DNA from: Verrucomicrobiota bacterium
Lineage (GTDB): Bacteria; Verrucomicrobiota; Verrucomicrobiia; Limisphaerales; UBA11358
Assembly (NCBI GenBank): GCA_028873125.1
Contig: JAGWMQ010000005.1
Location: 1 to 59,925 of the forward strand
DNA: 59,925 bases
Direction of reading: 5' to 3'
Shown here: piece after piece, positions 41,491 to 51,520 of the stretch
Position numbering within the stretch: the stretch's first letter is position 1
Layout: each line of letters starts with the position of its first letter
Made by a program: the position numbers and the translations under genes
Notes under the pieces: generated by a model
What the model was told of the DNA's origin: nothing
Seen by the model: the letters and a program-made list of their open reading frames with translations, nothing else
The model's database searches: none

Positions 41491-42358
41491 GAAAGTCAAC
41501 AAATCCAATGGCCCCCAGACCTGCTCCGCTGCCAGAGGCCAGCCGCGTTTCGCCATTGGCTTCGGCCTGGCCTTCGTCGCCCATGGGTCGTCTATGCCAA
41601 GCGCCCGTTTGCCGGCCCCAAAACGGTGCTGGCCTACCTGTGCCGCTACACGCATCGGGTGGGCCTGACCAACCGGCGTCTGCAGGCTTTGAGTTCGGCG
41701 GAGAACACGGTGAGCTTCGATTACAAGGACTATGCCCACGGCGCTCGTCACCACTCTCTGACGCTCTCCTTGGAGGAATTCCTGCGCCGATTTTGTCTGC
41801 ACATCCTGCCGCCGAGGTTTGTCAAACTCCGGCACTACGGCCTGTTGTCGAATCGGGATCGCCCCGCCCGGCTGGCCCAGGTGCGTCAGTTGTTGGCCGT
41901 GCTCCCTCCCCAGACCCCGCCGCCTCAAGCCACGATCACCTCGTTGGCCTCCATCGCGGTGCCGCCCTTGGTCTGTCCGCATTGCGGCGCCCCGGCCCTG
42001 ATCCTGGTGCGCGTCTTGTTGCCGCCTCCAACGCCCACGCCGCCGATCTCCGACACCTCATGAACGCTTCAACGATCGCCCACCAACCTGGCCTGAGCAT
42101 GAAGGTCGTTGCGTTAGAAAAACAACCTGCCCGGCAACTTGCAGTCCCATGCGGTCGCGTCCTGAGGTCCGATGAGGTTCCCGGATCGGTCCCCCTGGCA
42201 ATCGGCGGCGTTCGCGCCGGGTCAATCCCTCATCGCACCCAGATCAGTGCAGCCCGTCCCTTGCGACAGCGGCAATCCGGGGAAAATCCATCGGCGGGTT
42301 CCAGTTGCTTTCTCCTGCGGGAACGTTCGTAAGCCTTCAGTTCAGCGGTTCAGTTCAA
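41491..42358 (+). mobile_element. IS91-family (Y2 rolling-circle) transposase 3' half (stop at 42063) plus probable ori end
   Basis: WVVYAKRPF..P..VLAYLCRYTHRVGLTNRR (YxxRY), EFLRRFCLHILP..FVKLRHYGLL, CPHCG; 5' half missing; ends near CGGTTCAGTTCAA. Confidence 0.82.
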
Positions 42359-42732
42359 TGGCAGTGTATTCGTCCCGGCTCGCCGGACATCCCTCGCAAA
42401 ATCATGCCCTCAGACCGAGCCGCGACCAATACACCGCTTTGCATTCTGAGGCTCTCATTGGGCAGATCGAGGCTCCAGTTGGTGCAGCCGAACAGTATTG
42501 TGTTCGCGCCGCTTGAGTCGGGCCGCATCGTCATGGCGCTGGCGGGAATCGGCGGCACATTGGTTCCCGAAAAAACGTAATCATTCGTTGGAAACGTGTA
42601 GGTGACGCCGCCGGCGCTGAACGTTTGGCCCGCGTAGCTGGCCACGGTTCCCGCCGTGCATTGAGCGTGAACCGCCCACGCCAGCGCGAGCGCCGCCAAC
42701 ACAGTGATGATTGAAGGGCGCATGGGTGTCAT
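42355..42732 (-). pseudogene. Secreted protein N-terminus, probably truncated by the IS91 end
   Basis: Clear signal peptide (AVHA|Q); the stop codon falls at the inferred IS junction. Confidence 0.5.
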
Positions 42733-42736
42733 CGGT

Positions 42737-44658
42737 TCATGGTGAACTCAAACGGAAGAATCCAACGCCGTTATCGAGCGGCAATGACACTTGAAGGGTG
42801 CCATTTTGATTGGTGACAACATTGGCCACCGGCCGCCAAACTGCGGGCGCAAGGTTGGTTGTGCTGTAAAAACTAAAGCCGTAGGCAGGTGCAGGCCAGG
42901 CAACCGTTACATTGGAATCGTTTGTGTCCAGACTGATCGCCAGAAAAGGCACGCTGTCCAGAATGACCGGCGCGACGCCGACATTTACATTGCTGACGCC
43001 GATCAAACTGGTGACATTGTTCGAGAGGTCGCGCTGTTCATAAACGTTCCACTCGGCGGGAATCGAAAAATTTGTTGTCCTGTCGGGATTCCAAAGGACG
43101 CGCGCTGCGGGGAAACCAAGCCGTTGCAGCGTGACGACCCATGTTCCGTTCGGGTCAATCGTCTTGTCGGTCATCTGTGCGCCGACCAGCCAGTCTGCGG
43201 CGTTGCTGTAAGCAATGCCGCCGGGCGCGGGCGTTTCGCTCGGCGGATTGACGCTCAATGGCGCTTGGGCGTTGGTGATCCCGCCCACCCGTCCCTCGGA
43301 AATGTCCCACGTGTGCCAGTCCCAATTCAACACGTTCTGCGTCCACCAAAACAGAAAGGCGCGGGCGGCGATGCCCATGTTCTGCAAATCATTTGTGCCC
43401 GCTCCTGCCGCGCCTTCGGTGCACCAAATCGGCAGCGAACACCATTGCGGATAGTGCGAGAGCATGTCTCGCAAACCTACAATCGCCGGCAGGCTGTTTT
43501 CGGGCCGCGCGGTGGGATAATCGTGGAAGGAAACGATGTCGGGCGGCGGCCCGCCCGCCTGAATGAATTTTTCCAACCAAGGCAGGCCGCCCAACGTGAT
43601 GTTGGGGCCGATGATTTTAATCGCCGGATCAACATTGGTCAGCACCGTCCGCGCAATCCGCGCCATTGTCACCATGTTTGAGTGGCCCCGGCATAGTAGC
43701 CTTTGTAATCAGTCTTATTCCAGATTTCGTAGTATTGGATGACGCCTTTGTAGCGCGTGCCCACGACCAGGACATAATTGCTCCAGTCGTTCATGTCGCG
43801 CGGCTCGGAATTGGCGCCGGGGCCTTCGGTGCCGGGGACGAGCGTGTTAGTGGTCAGCGCCGCCCAGGCGGGCGTCTGGCCCAGTGTGTAAATCATCGGC
43901 AAATTCGGACTGTTGGTTTCGACGACGTTGGTATCGGCGTCCAGATGCGTCCAAGTCCAGGTGCCGGCGTTGGTTTGAATCCCCAGCCACTGAATGTTGG
44001 AAACATCCCACAAACGGAGGATGCCCTGCTCAATGGGCGGCCAGTTGTTGGCCGCGGTCAATTTGTTGACGTGGATGCCAAAGAGCGTCGCTGGAATGGT
44101 GGAAGTCGTGTTGACCAACGGGGCGTAAAGATAATTCGAGGTGACCTCGGCCAGGCTGGCGTCGTCAACCCAGTTGGTGCCATCGCTCAAAAAATTGACC
44201 GTGAGCTGCGCGTTGGTGTCGGCCTGCCAGCCGCCGTTAATGACCACCTGCTGCCAGGCGGCGCCAACCGTCACGATATGGCTCGCGCCGTCGTAGTTGT
44301 AATGATCTGTATCCCGCAATTCCAGTTGCACCAGCGAATTGCTGGCCGCCCGCAGCCAAATTCCAGCACTGTAAACGTGGCCGGATTGAAACTGGAACGG
44401 CTGGTAAAACATCGCTCCATTGGTGTCGTTGATGCCGCTGACCGTCACCCGCTGGCAACTGGCGCCGGAATGAAGATTGTTGGTTTCCGGGGCGAAGGAA
44501 AGGGCCGCCCCGCCGAAAGTCTGATCCGTCCAGTTGGACGCGATGCCGCCGGGTTGAAACGTCTCAAAGTCCGCCTTTGTCAGAAATTGTGCGCCCGCTC
44601 GCTCGCAGACGGCGAACAATTCCAGAAGCGCAACAATCAAAATGAAATGCTGTATCAT
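42737..44658 (-). pseudogene. Frameshifted CBM4/9 + clan GH-A (GH39/GH5-like) hydrolase with C-terminal FFRL module
   Basis: ORFs 43669-44658 and 42737-43675 join by a 1-bp shift near 43680; LFGIH, LRLWD, TPAWA, EIWN(K), SFHDY, IWCTEG motifs. Confidence 0.78.
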
Positions 44659-44749
44659 GCAAGCGCCTGGAAAAACAGACGTTGTTTGGCGTTGAGACGT
44701 TACTTCCATCGGCTGTTGAAATTTGTGGGCGGCCATAATTGCACCAGGA

Positions 44750-45490
44750 TTACATTCGTTCGCGCAAGAATTTCTCGCTTGCCTTGGTCAATACCAGATA
44801 GGTCAGATCACCGCGACTCCAAGCGGCGGTCGTCGTGCCGTTCACACGGGCGAACTGCGGTTCCGAAGTTTGAGGTCCGTCAGGGATGCTGCTGCGCGGA
44901 ATGAGGATGAAATGGACAATTTCGCCGTCCACCACGAAACACACCAACGCCAGGCTCCGGCCACGCCACTCGATGGTGCGGCAGCCGATGGTGGGAAATC
45001 GTTGCAGACCCGCCGGAATTTGCACTTGCCGCAAATGGTGTGTGTCGGCGAGCCACTGACGGGCTTGGGCAAGGTTTTCCGTTTCCAAGTCCAGTCTAGG
45101 AAACTGGTGCAGGAATTGAACCATGTCACGGCGGCACGCAGCGAACTGGGTGGTTGGGCGCTGACTTTGGCGATACCACCAAACCCCGGCCACAGTCAGT
45201 AGCAACACCAGGCACGCCGCCAGCGCCGTCAGAAATTCCCGACGGCGATAAACGGCCCGGTAACGGCGGGACACACCTGCGCGGATTTCATCGAGCAATT
45301 CAGGTGCGACCCGAACCGCTACCAGTCGGCGGCGCACCGCCGCGTCGAACGCCTGCTGGTCTTTGAGCCACGCCGCCAGTTCGGGATCGCGTCTGGCCAG
45401 TTCCAGCGCCTCGGCAAACACCGGATCGCGCTCGTCGTCGGTTCCCGGACGATAGGCGGACAGAATTTCTTTGGCTTGTTCGTGGTTCAT
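44750..45490 (-). CDS. Membrane-bound anti-sigma factor (DUF3379-like)
   Basis: N-terminal helical domain, one TM, periplasmic GC...LVCF domain; overlaps the sigma-factor stop. Confidence 0.75.
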   Translation of the reverse strand: MNHEQAKEILSAYRPGTDDERDPVFAEALELARRDPELAAWLKDQQAFDAAVRRRLVAVRVAPELLDEIRAGVSRRYRAVYRRREFLTALAACLVLLLTVAGVWWYRQSQRPTTQFAACRRDMVQFLHQFPRLDLETENLAQARQWLADTHHLRQVQIPAGLQRFPTIGCRTIEWRGRSLALVCFVVDGEIVHFILIPRSSIPDGPQTSEPQFARVNGTTTAAWSRGDLTYLVLTKASEKFLRERM

Positions 45491-46065
45491 GGACTTGCAG
45501 GCGGATTCGGCGGCGATTGAGGTGGCTTCGGGTTCAGGTCGGGCTCCAATTCGCGGGTCAGCCGCCGGCGCAATTGTTCCCGGGCGCGCGCCAGGCGCGA
45601 CATGACCGTACCGGCGGGAACGCCCAGCATTTCGGCAATCTGTTTGTACGAAAAATTTTCCAGATAAAACAACGCCAGCGGCGCTCGGAACATTTCGTCC
45701 AGCCGCGACAACGCGCGCAGGACGGTGTCGCCGTCCAAGCGCTCGACGGTTTCGGCGGAGGCGAAAACTGGCTCATGCTCCAACACGTCCAACGCCACAG
45801 CCGGAAACTGTTTTTGCCGGCGACAGACGGCCAGGTGTTCGCGGTAAAGCGTGGTGAACAGCCAGGTCTTGAGCTTGGTCGCATCGCGCAATTGGTGGCC
45901 CTTGATGGCCCACAAATAAAATGTCTGCTGCACCAGGTCCAGGGCATCCGCTTCAGTTTGTGTCAGGCTCAAGGCAAAACGATACAACGGAGCATAATGC
46001 CGCGTTGCCGAGTCGTCCTCGCCCAATTCCGTCACGCAGGTAAGAGTAACGAAGGCGCTTTCCAT
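45487..46065 (-). CDS. ECF sigma-70 factor
   Basis: LYRFALSL, ALDLVQQTF, KTWLFT, SYKQIAEMLGVPAGTVMSRLARAR. Confidence 0.92.
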   Translation of the reverse strand: MESAFVTLTCVTELGEDDSATRHYAPLYRFALSLTQTEADALDLVQQTFYLWAIKGHQLRDATKLKTWLFTTLYREHLAVCRRQKQFPAVALDVLEHEPVFASAETVERLDGDTVLRALSRLDEMFRAPLALFYLENFSYKQIAEMLGVPAGTVMSRLARAREQLRRRLTRELEPDLNPKPPQSPPNPPASP

Positions 46066-46238
46066 TCCCCACTATTTTCGGGCGAAAATCCTCCCAAGCA
46101 GGCGTGCCAAAATTTCCGGGAATAATCCGCGTTATTTTGCCTCTCACTTCCGAACAACTAAAGCCCGGCAGCGCGGGGAGCGATGCCGGTAATCAAACAT
46201 TCAATTGTAACAATGCAAAACCAATAACTGAGTGAACT

Positions 46239-47171
46239 ATGAAAACGAAACTCACACTGACTCTGGCGGCGCTCTTGACCAGCGCGTCGCTGACATTCGC
46301 CACCAACTACGACGTTCGGGTGGTCGCCTCCGGCCTGCAACGCCCGACGGGCATCGTGGCCCTAGGCGATGACATCTTGTTTTTCTCCCAGGTGCCCACG
46401 CCCGGCGTGCCCGGAACGATGGGCGGCAGCAATTCCGTGGACGCTCTGTTCGTGCCCACCGGCGAGATGTTCAACATCGAAAGCGGCAACCCGCAGCCGG
46501 AAAATCTGGCGTTGGACAGGCGCGGACGCCTATATTGGACATGCAAGTCCGCCGGCGTCATTCTGATGACGGATTATCGGGACGGCGTCACCAAGCTGTT
46601 GACCGGCTTGGATCATCCGAACGGCATCGCGGTGGGTCCGCGGAATAATAACGTGTATTACACCACGCTGCCCACGCCCGGCGTGCCCGGAACGATGGGC
46701 GGCAGCAACACCGTTGACGTCTTCAACGGTTCCACGTCCACCGTGCTCGAACTGGGCGACCCTGAACCGACCGACATCGCAGTGGATTGGTTTGGCAACC
46801 TCTATTGGACCTGCCACTCCGCCGGCGTCATCCTCAAACGCGACGCCGCCGGAAATGTCACCAAACTCCTGACCGGTCTCCACAGTCCGACCGGGATTGC
46901 AGTAGATGCCTGGGGCCGGAACCTGTATTTCACGGAAGTGCCGACACCCGGCATGCCTGGCAGCCTGGGCGGCAGCAATGCCGTCTGGCGAGTCCATCTG
47001 GCCACGATGAAAACGGATTTGATCAGCAGCGGCGACCCCGAACCGCACGCCGTGACCGTGGCACTCGATGGCGACGTGTTTTGGACCTGCTCCAGCGCCG
47101 GCGTCATCAAAGAAGCGCAACCGCAACGGGATCATTTCCGCTGGTTTGGTGACCGTGACGACCGGGATTGA
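46239..47171 (+). CDS. Secreted beta-propeller protein built from three ~92-aa repeats
   Basis: Signal peptide; three copies of PTPG.PG..GGSN.V...G.P.P..(I/L/V)..D....(Y/F)WTC.SAGVI; identical 40-bp segments at 46393 and 46669. Confidence 0.8.
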   Translation: MKTKLTLTLAALLTSASLTFATNYDVRVVASGLQRPTGIVALGDDILFFSQVPTPGVPGTMGGSNSVDALFVPTGEMFNIESGNPQPENLALDRRGRLYWTCKSAGVILMTDYRDGVTKLLTGLDHPNGIAVGPRNNNVYYTTLPTPGVPGTMGGSNTVDVFNGSTSTVLELGDPEPTDIAVDWFGNLYWTCHSAGVILKRDAAGNVTKLLTGLHSPTGIAVDAWGRNLYFTEVPTPGMPGSLGGSNAVWRVHLATMKTDLISSGDPEPHAVTVALDGDVFWTCSSAGVIKEAQPQRDHFRWFGDRDDRD

Positions 47172-47283
47172 TTCACATTGGCTCGTGTGACCGAGGTCTG
47201 TCGCGCGCAAAGGCCCGAGGTTCAATCTGACCGAGGGTCTTTGCTTTGGCCGCTCCGCAGGATCAAACTGGATTCATTTTGGG

Positions 47284-48054
47284 CTAAAGCCCCGGCACGT
47301 AATGTTCCGGGTGATAACTGTCGGCAAAATCGCGTTTCACGCGCTCAACGTGGCCGTCAGCAAACGACACGTTGGCTTTGCCTTCGTGGCGGCTGGTGAG
47401 CGGATAACCCGGCGGCTCCCACGCGCCATCGTCAATCACCGCATCCCCCGGGCCATCCGCCGGACTGCCCTTTTCCTCAGCCAGCATGATTTTTTCCGAC
47501 GGATGGGCGACAGCGCTGACGCGGTTCAAGATAATCACCGAACGGTCCTTGGAAATGTAGCTGGCCATGCCGTGTTCGCTGCAGGCGTTCAACGAATAGC
47601 TGTAAAAGTATTGCTCGAAACCCGGATTCTGCTGCCAGAGCACCTGGCGGTGAAGCGCGTCCTGGTCGGCGGGACAGCGAACGTATTCGCTTTTGTAGCC
47701 GAGATAGCGCATGACGCTTCCGTCGGCCGGATTCCGCATGGTCACTCCCGAAGCATTGCTCGATACCTGCCACCAAATCCAATCCTCCGGCTGCGCGCCT
47801 AGCGAACTTTTGAGCGCGGCGGTGGAAAAATCGTCGTTGTTATCCTGAAAATACAGCATGAACCCCAAACCCAACTCGTGCAGATTATTTTCACAGGAAA
47901 TCGCTTTGCCGCTGTTCTCCGCCTGCGACAACGCCGGCAGCAGCAGCGCCGCCAGTATTGCAATGACCGCGATGACCACCAAAAGCTCGATCAAAGTGAA
48001 TGCGTCTGCGCCACTGGCAGCCGACGCATTCGAGTGAACAGGTTTCCCCCACAT
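47284..48054 (-). CDS. Prepilin-type H-X9-DG protein
   Basis: A|[52 protein letters not shown]. Confidence 0.9.
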   Translation of the reverse strand: MWGKPVHSNASAASGADAFTLIELLVVIAVIAILAALLLPALSQAENSGKAISCENNLHELGLGFMLYFQDNNDDFSTAALKSSLGAQPEDWIWWQVSSNASGVTMRNPADGSVMRYLGYKSEYVRCPADQDALHRQVLWQQNPGFEQYFYSYSLNACSEHGMASYISKDRSVIILNRVSAVAHPSEKIMLAEEKGSPADGPGDAVIDDGAWEPPGYPLTSRHEGKANVSFADGHVERVKRDFADSYHPEHYVPGL

Positions 48055-48159
48055 AAACAGGTCTTGTGACTGCGACAGGAGAATTTATGCGCGCGGCAAA
48101 CAATGTCAAATCACCGTCTTCCAGTGCGCCACAGAAGGGCGTGAGACAAAATTCTTCCT

Positions 48160-49410
48160 TCACGCTGCCAACGGGAGGGCATCGTTGCGGGCAGCCTGTT
48201 GATTGAGCCGATATTTCCAAAACTCCTCCAAGCGACGACTGCTGTGAATGCAGCGCAGGGCGAGGATATTTTCGGCTCCGAATTCCGACCAAAACATACC
48301 CGATTGTTTACAGCGACCGCCAATGACGGTCTTGCAGCCGGCTTCCACCACACCGGAACCGATGAAGTAGCCCGCAGCCCGGAAGGTCCCATACTGCATC
48401 CGGCTCACGTTGCGCATAAAGTAGCCCAAGGCTTGCTCCACGGCCGCGGCCGCGGGTTGGCCGGCGCATTCTTGGTGCGTGTCTTTGATCAAGGCCTGGA
48501 CTTTATCTTTAAGGAGCCGCTTGGCCCAACGCCGCAGCCGCTTTTTGTAATCCGGATGCTGCTTGCCAATCAAGGCTTCCAACACCTGGCCGGCGTGCTC
48601 CATGGCGTGGAAGAAGTCCACGATTTGCACGCAGTTCTTGAAGCAGAGCCGGCCCATGTTTTCCAGGCCCACGGCCCCGTCAATCAGCAGCACCACTTTG
48701 CCGGCGCTGCCCATGCCGCGGCGAATCGCCTCCTGGCGCAACAGCGGACCGAAGTCGTCAATGGACTTGAAACTGGAAACATAGGTCGTGGATTCATGGT
48801 CTCGCACCGGATGGCCTTTTTCATCGGTGCGGTGCTGGGTGAACACGCAACCCAGGTAAACCTGACGGGTCTTGGCCGTACCGTCGGCCTGCTTCCCACG
48901 GCGGCCCTTCAGTTCTTCGGCCACCATCGGCACGCCCGTGCCATCCCCGCTCGCGTACAGGATGGGGGCGTCGCAAGCTCCGGGTTGGGCCTCCCTCTCC
49001 TGCCAAGCTTGGGCGTCGCCGCCCACGCGCTGAACGACGCGTTCAATCTGCCGCGCCGAAACGGCAATGCCGCCGGTCTGCTCCAAATGCCGCTCGGCTT
49101 TCAGGTAGGTTGGCTCATCGGCTCCTTCCAAGCATACCAGCTTGGCCAAGGCCGGCGTGTAACCGCCCTCCAAACCCAGCGCGGCGTCCGCTGGATAATG
49201 ACCTGGGTGCTTGCCCGCATGGTAATAGTAATCCCGTGCCAACTGGAAGCACCCAAAGATGCCTTGCACCTCCAGGCTTTCCCGGCCCTTGCCAACCTCC
49301 CCCGGCTTGGGCGGGTAGGCTGCATCCGCACGATCCACGGCTTGCTGGAGCAACCACCCGACCAACGCATTGGCGGATTTGAACACCGCCGTGCGAACCA
49401 AGACCTCCAA
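48160..49410 (-). CDS. ISKra4-family transposase (downstream of an in-frame TAG)
   Basis: DGTGVP, IDGA, DFFHAMEH, YFIGSGVVEAGCK, RCKQSGMFW. Confidence 0.85.
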   Translation of the reverse strand: MEVLVRTAVFKSANALVGWLLQQAVDRADAAYPPKPGEVGKGRESLEVQGIFGCFQLARDYYYHAGKHPGHYPADAALGLEGGYTPALAKLVCLEGADEPTYLKAERHLEQTGGIAVSARQIERVVQRVGGDAQAWQEREAQPGACDAPILYASGDGTGVPMVAEELKGRRGKQADGTAKTRQVYLGCVFTQHRTDEKGHPVRDHESTTYVSSFKSIDDFGPLLRQEAIRRGMGSAGKVVLLIDGAVGLENMGRLCFKNCVQIVDFFHAMEHAGQVLEALIGKQHPDYKKRLRRWAKRLLKDKVQALIKDTHQECAGQPAAAAVEQALGYFMRNVSRMQYGTFRAAGYFIGSGVVEAGCKTVIGGRCKQSGMFWSEFGAENILALRCIHSSRRLEEFWKYRLNQQAARNDALPLAA

Positions 49411-49428
49411 TTGCGCGACGGCGGTGCC

Positions 49429-49800
49429 CTATAACTCCTCTGCTTGAAATGACGCGATCAGACGTTGGATTTCTTCTGCCTGGGCCAGGCGGATTTTCGG
49501 CGGACATTCTTTTTTTACGCCCGCGATGTTCTGGCGGGTTTCCTCAATGATCAAATCGGCATATTGCTCGGTCAATTGCCGGTAGTGGGCGTGGCCGGCC
49601 AGTGCGGCCTCCACGGCAGGGAGTTCCTCCGCCGAAACATAGCGCGTGTGATTCTTGCCGTCCCGCCAATACTGGAGCTTGTGGTAGGGGCCGGAGACGC
49701 CCGGACGTTCTTTGAAACTGTAGGCCGAGAGTTTTCCCCGTTCCATGGCGGCAATGGCGGCAATTTGTTGGAGCAGACGCGATTTGTCAGTTGGATTCAT
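49429..49800 (-). CDS. IS accessory ORF (DUF6788-like), in frame with the transposase
   Basis: MERGKL...GPYHKLQYWRDGKNHTRYV pattern; lies inside the TIRs. Confidence 0.7.
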   Translation of the reverse strand: MNPTDKSRLLQQIAAIAAMERGKLSAYSFKERPGVSGPYHKLQYWRDGKNHTRYVSAEELPAVEAALAGHAHYRQLTEQYADLIIEETRQNIAGVKKECPPKIRLAQAEEIQRLIASFQAEEL

Positions 49801-50075
49801 AATGTGCCTAGCATTATAGTCACATAGGCCGCAAAAAAACAAGCCGTGTTTTCCAATTTGAAGAATTTTGTCTCACACCCGCCACAGAATCGCCCTTTTG
49901 ACATCAAGTTGAACGCCGACACAATTTCGTAAGTGGCCGACCTCTCTGCTCCAGACTTTGAAACAGAAAACCTTGGCCATCTACCGAAGTGGTTGATGTT
50001 GAGCCATCGCAAGGCGTTTACGGCGGACTCAACTGACAGGCCGTTTTGCTTCGCCCGCATTGTTCGGTCTAGGCG

Positions 50076-51517
50076 TAATGCCTTTCTGGAATTCAAGGTC
50101 AGAGGAATTTGGAATGGACCGGGCCTTCCCACGATTGATTGCGGCGCAGACGCGGCCAGCCGCTCACCGGCTGGCGCACCGCCCGCGGACAACTGCGGGG
50201 TCGCTTGCGGCGCGGCGTCACATACCAGCGCCGGGCAAACTCCAGAAATTGGTCCGTCAGTTGTTGCTTCTGGCGGGCGCTCAAGAGGTCCCGGCCCAAC
50301 TCCAGCGTCAGCCACAAGGGCCGGAGCAATTCGAGCGTCTTGATAAAACTGAGGCGCAACACCGGCACCTGGCCCGCCGCCGCCCGCGCCCGCTGGCGCG
50401 CCAGCAACGCGCTGGCCAGCACGATCGCCGCAATTTCCTGCGCGCCGGTCTCCAGCGTGTGGCTTTGCAACACCTCGCTTTTGCGCAACTGCCGTTTGAG
50501 TTTCCAGTAATACAACTCGTGTTCCCAGCGCCGCGCGTAAAGTTCGATCAATTCGGGCGCCGGCGCTTCCTTGGGGTTCAGCAAACTGGTCCACAAACGC
50601 AACTCCGCGGGACGATGGCCGGGCCGTTGGACGCGCACACGGATTTCGCGCAGTTCGAGCCATTGTTCGATGACGCGCGGCTGGCCCTTTTTGCGCACGG
50701 GCAGACGCACCAACCGGCTGCCGTCTTTGAAGCGTTTGACCGTTTGCACGCGCGCCTGGCTGCGCGCGCGGATCAAGAAATGGCTGCCGACTTTCTGGCA
50801 AGCCGCCTGGGCCGCCGCGACGAACGCGGCGCAACCGTGCAACCGGTCGGCCAGCTGCAAGGCTTGGGCGGGCAGTTGCGCCAACAACTCCAGCGCCAGC
50901 GCCCATTCGGACTGGCCGCCCCTGCCGAGGGCGGCAGCCAGGGGATTGTGCAGTCCCAGTTCCAGCAAGACGCCGGTGGTCAGCTTGGCACAGGCGGCGC
51001 GCCCGCGACGGCTCTTGGCCTTGCGCGTCGTGGCTTCGATTTGGGGTGTGTTGGTCAGACTGAACTGCGTGCCGTCCAGCGCCACCAGCCGCCAGCCGCG
51101 CCAAAAGGCGTCGGGATGAGCCGCAGGCCGGGCCAGCGGACGCAAGCCCAGCCGCATCAATTCGGTGAAGACCTCCCAGGGCAGGCGGCGACGGCGCTCG
51201 CTCAACGCACTGTCGCAGAGACCATCGTCGTCAAAGAGTTGGCCAAAATGTTGGGCCAAGGTGCCGGCGGCGTTCATGAAATGGAAGAGGAGGGCCGGGA
51301 GCACTTTGGCCAGCGCCACGCCGCGGACGGCGTCCGCGGCGTTTGGGCAGGACCGGCAGGGTCGCGCCAAAGCACTCCCCAAAAGCGGCGGCGAAACCCG
51401 ATCGGGCGGCGAAGGCAGCGTCGTTCCGGCCAAACAAATGTTTTTTTCATACACCTTTCTACCACAGCGCGTTGGACAAACACTGTCCCACCAGCCTTGA
51501 ATTCCCGAAAGGCATTA
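50076..51517 (-). mobile_element. IS4-family insertion sequence (1442 bp)
   Basis: 23-bp TIR TAATGCCTTTC(T/G)GGAATTCAAGG; no flanking TSD visible. Confidence 0.9.
50099..51454 (-). CDS. IS4-family transposase; N-terminus probably frameshifted
   Basis: LVALDGT, LADR, LWTSLL, YARRWEHELYYWKLK (YREK motif), RSCPRAVR. Confidence 0.82.
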   Translation of the reverse strand: MYEKNICLAGTTLPSPPDRVSPPLLGSALARPCRSCPNAADAVRGVALAKVLPALLFHFMNAAGTLAQHFGQLFDDDGLCDSALSERRRRLPWEVFTELMRLGLRPLARPAAHPDAFWRGWRLVALDGTQFSLTNTPQIEATTRKAKSRRGRAACAKLTTGVLLELGLHNPLAAALGRGGQSEWALALELLAQLPAQALQLADRLHGCAAFVAAAQAACQKVGSHFLIRARSQARVQTVKRFKDGSRLVRLPVRKKGQPRVIEQWLELREIRVRVQRPGHRPAELRLWTSLLNPKEAPAPELIELYARRWEHELYYWKLKRQLRKSEVLQSHTLETGAQEIAAIVLASALLARQRARAAAGQVPVLRLSFIKTLELLRPLWLTLELGRDLLSARQKQQLTDQFLEFARRWYVTPRRKRPRSCPRAVRQPVSGWPRLRRNQSWEGPVHSKFL

Positions 51518-51520
51518 GGG

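Larger units (their letters stand above)
48137..49880 (-). mobile_element. Complete ISKra4-like insertion sequence (1744 bp)
   Basis: 21-bp TIR GGG(C/T)GTGAGACAAAATTCTTC; 9-bp TSD GCCACAGAA at 48128-48136 and 49881-49889. Confidence 0.92.

Noticed and set aside
49890-50075. Gene interrupted by the ISKra4-like element
   Set aside because: Rejoining the flanks gives no convincing protein; probably intergenic.
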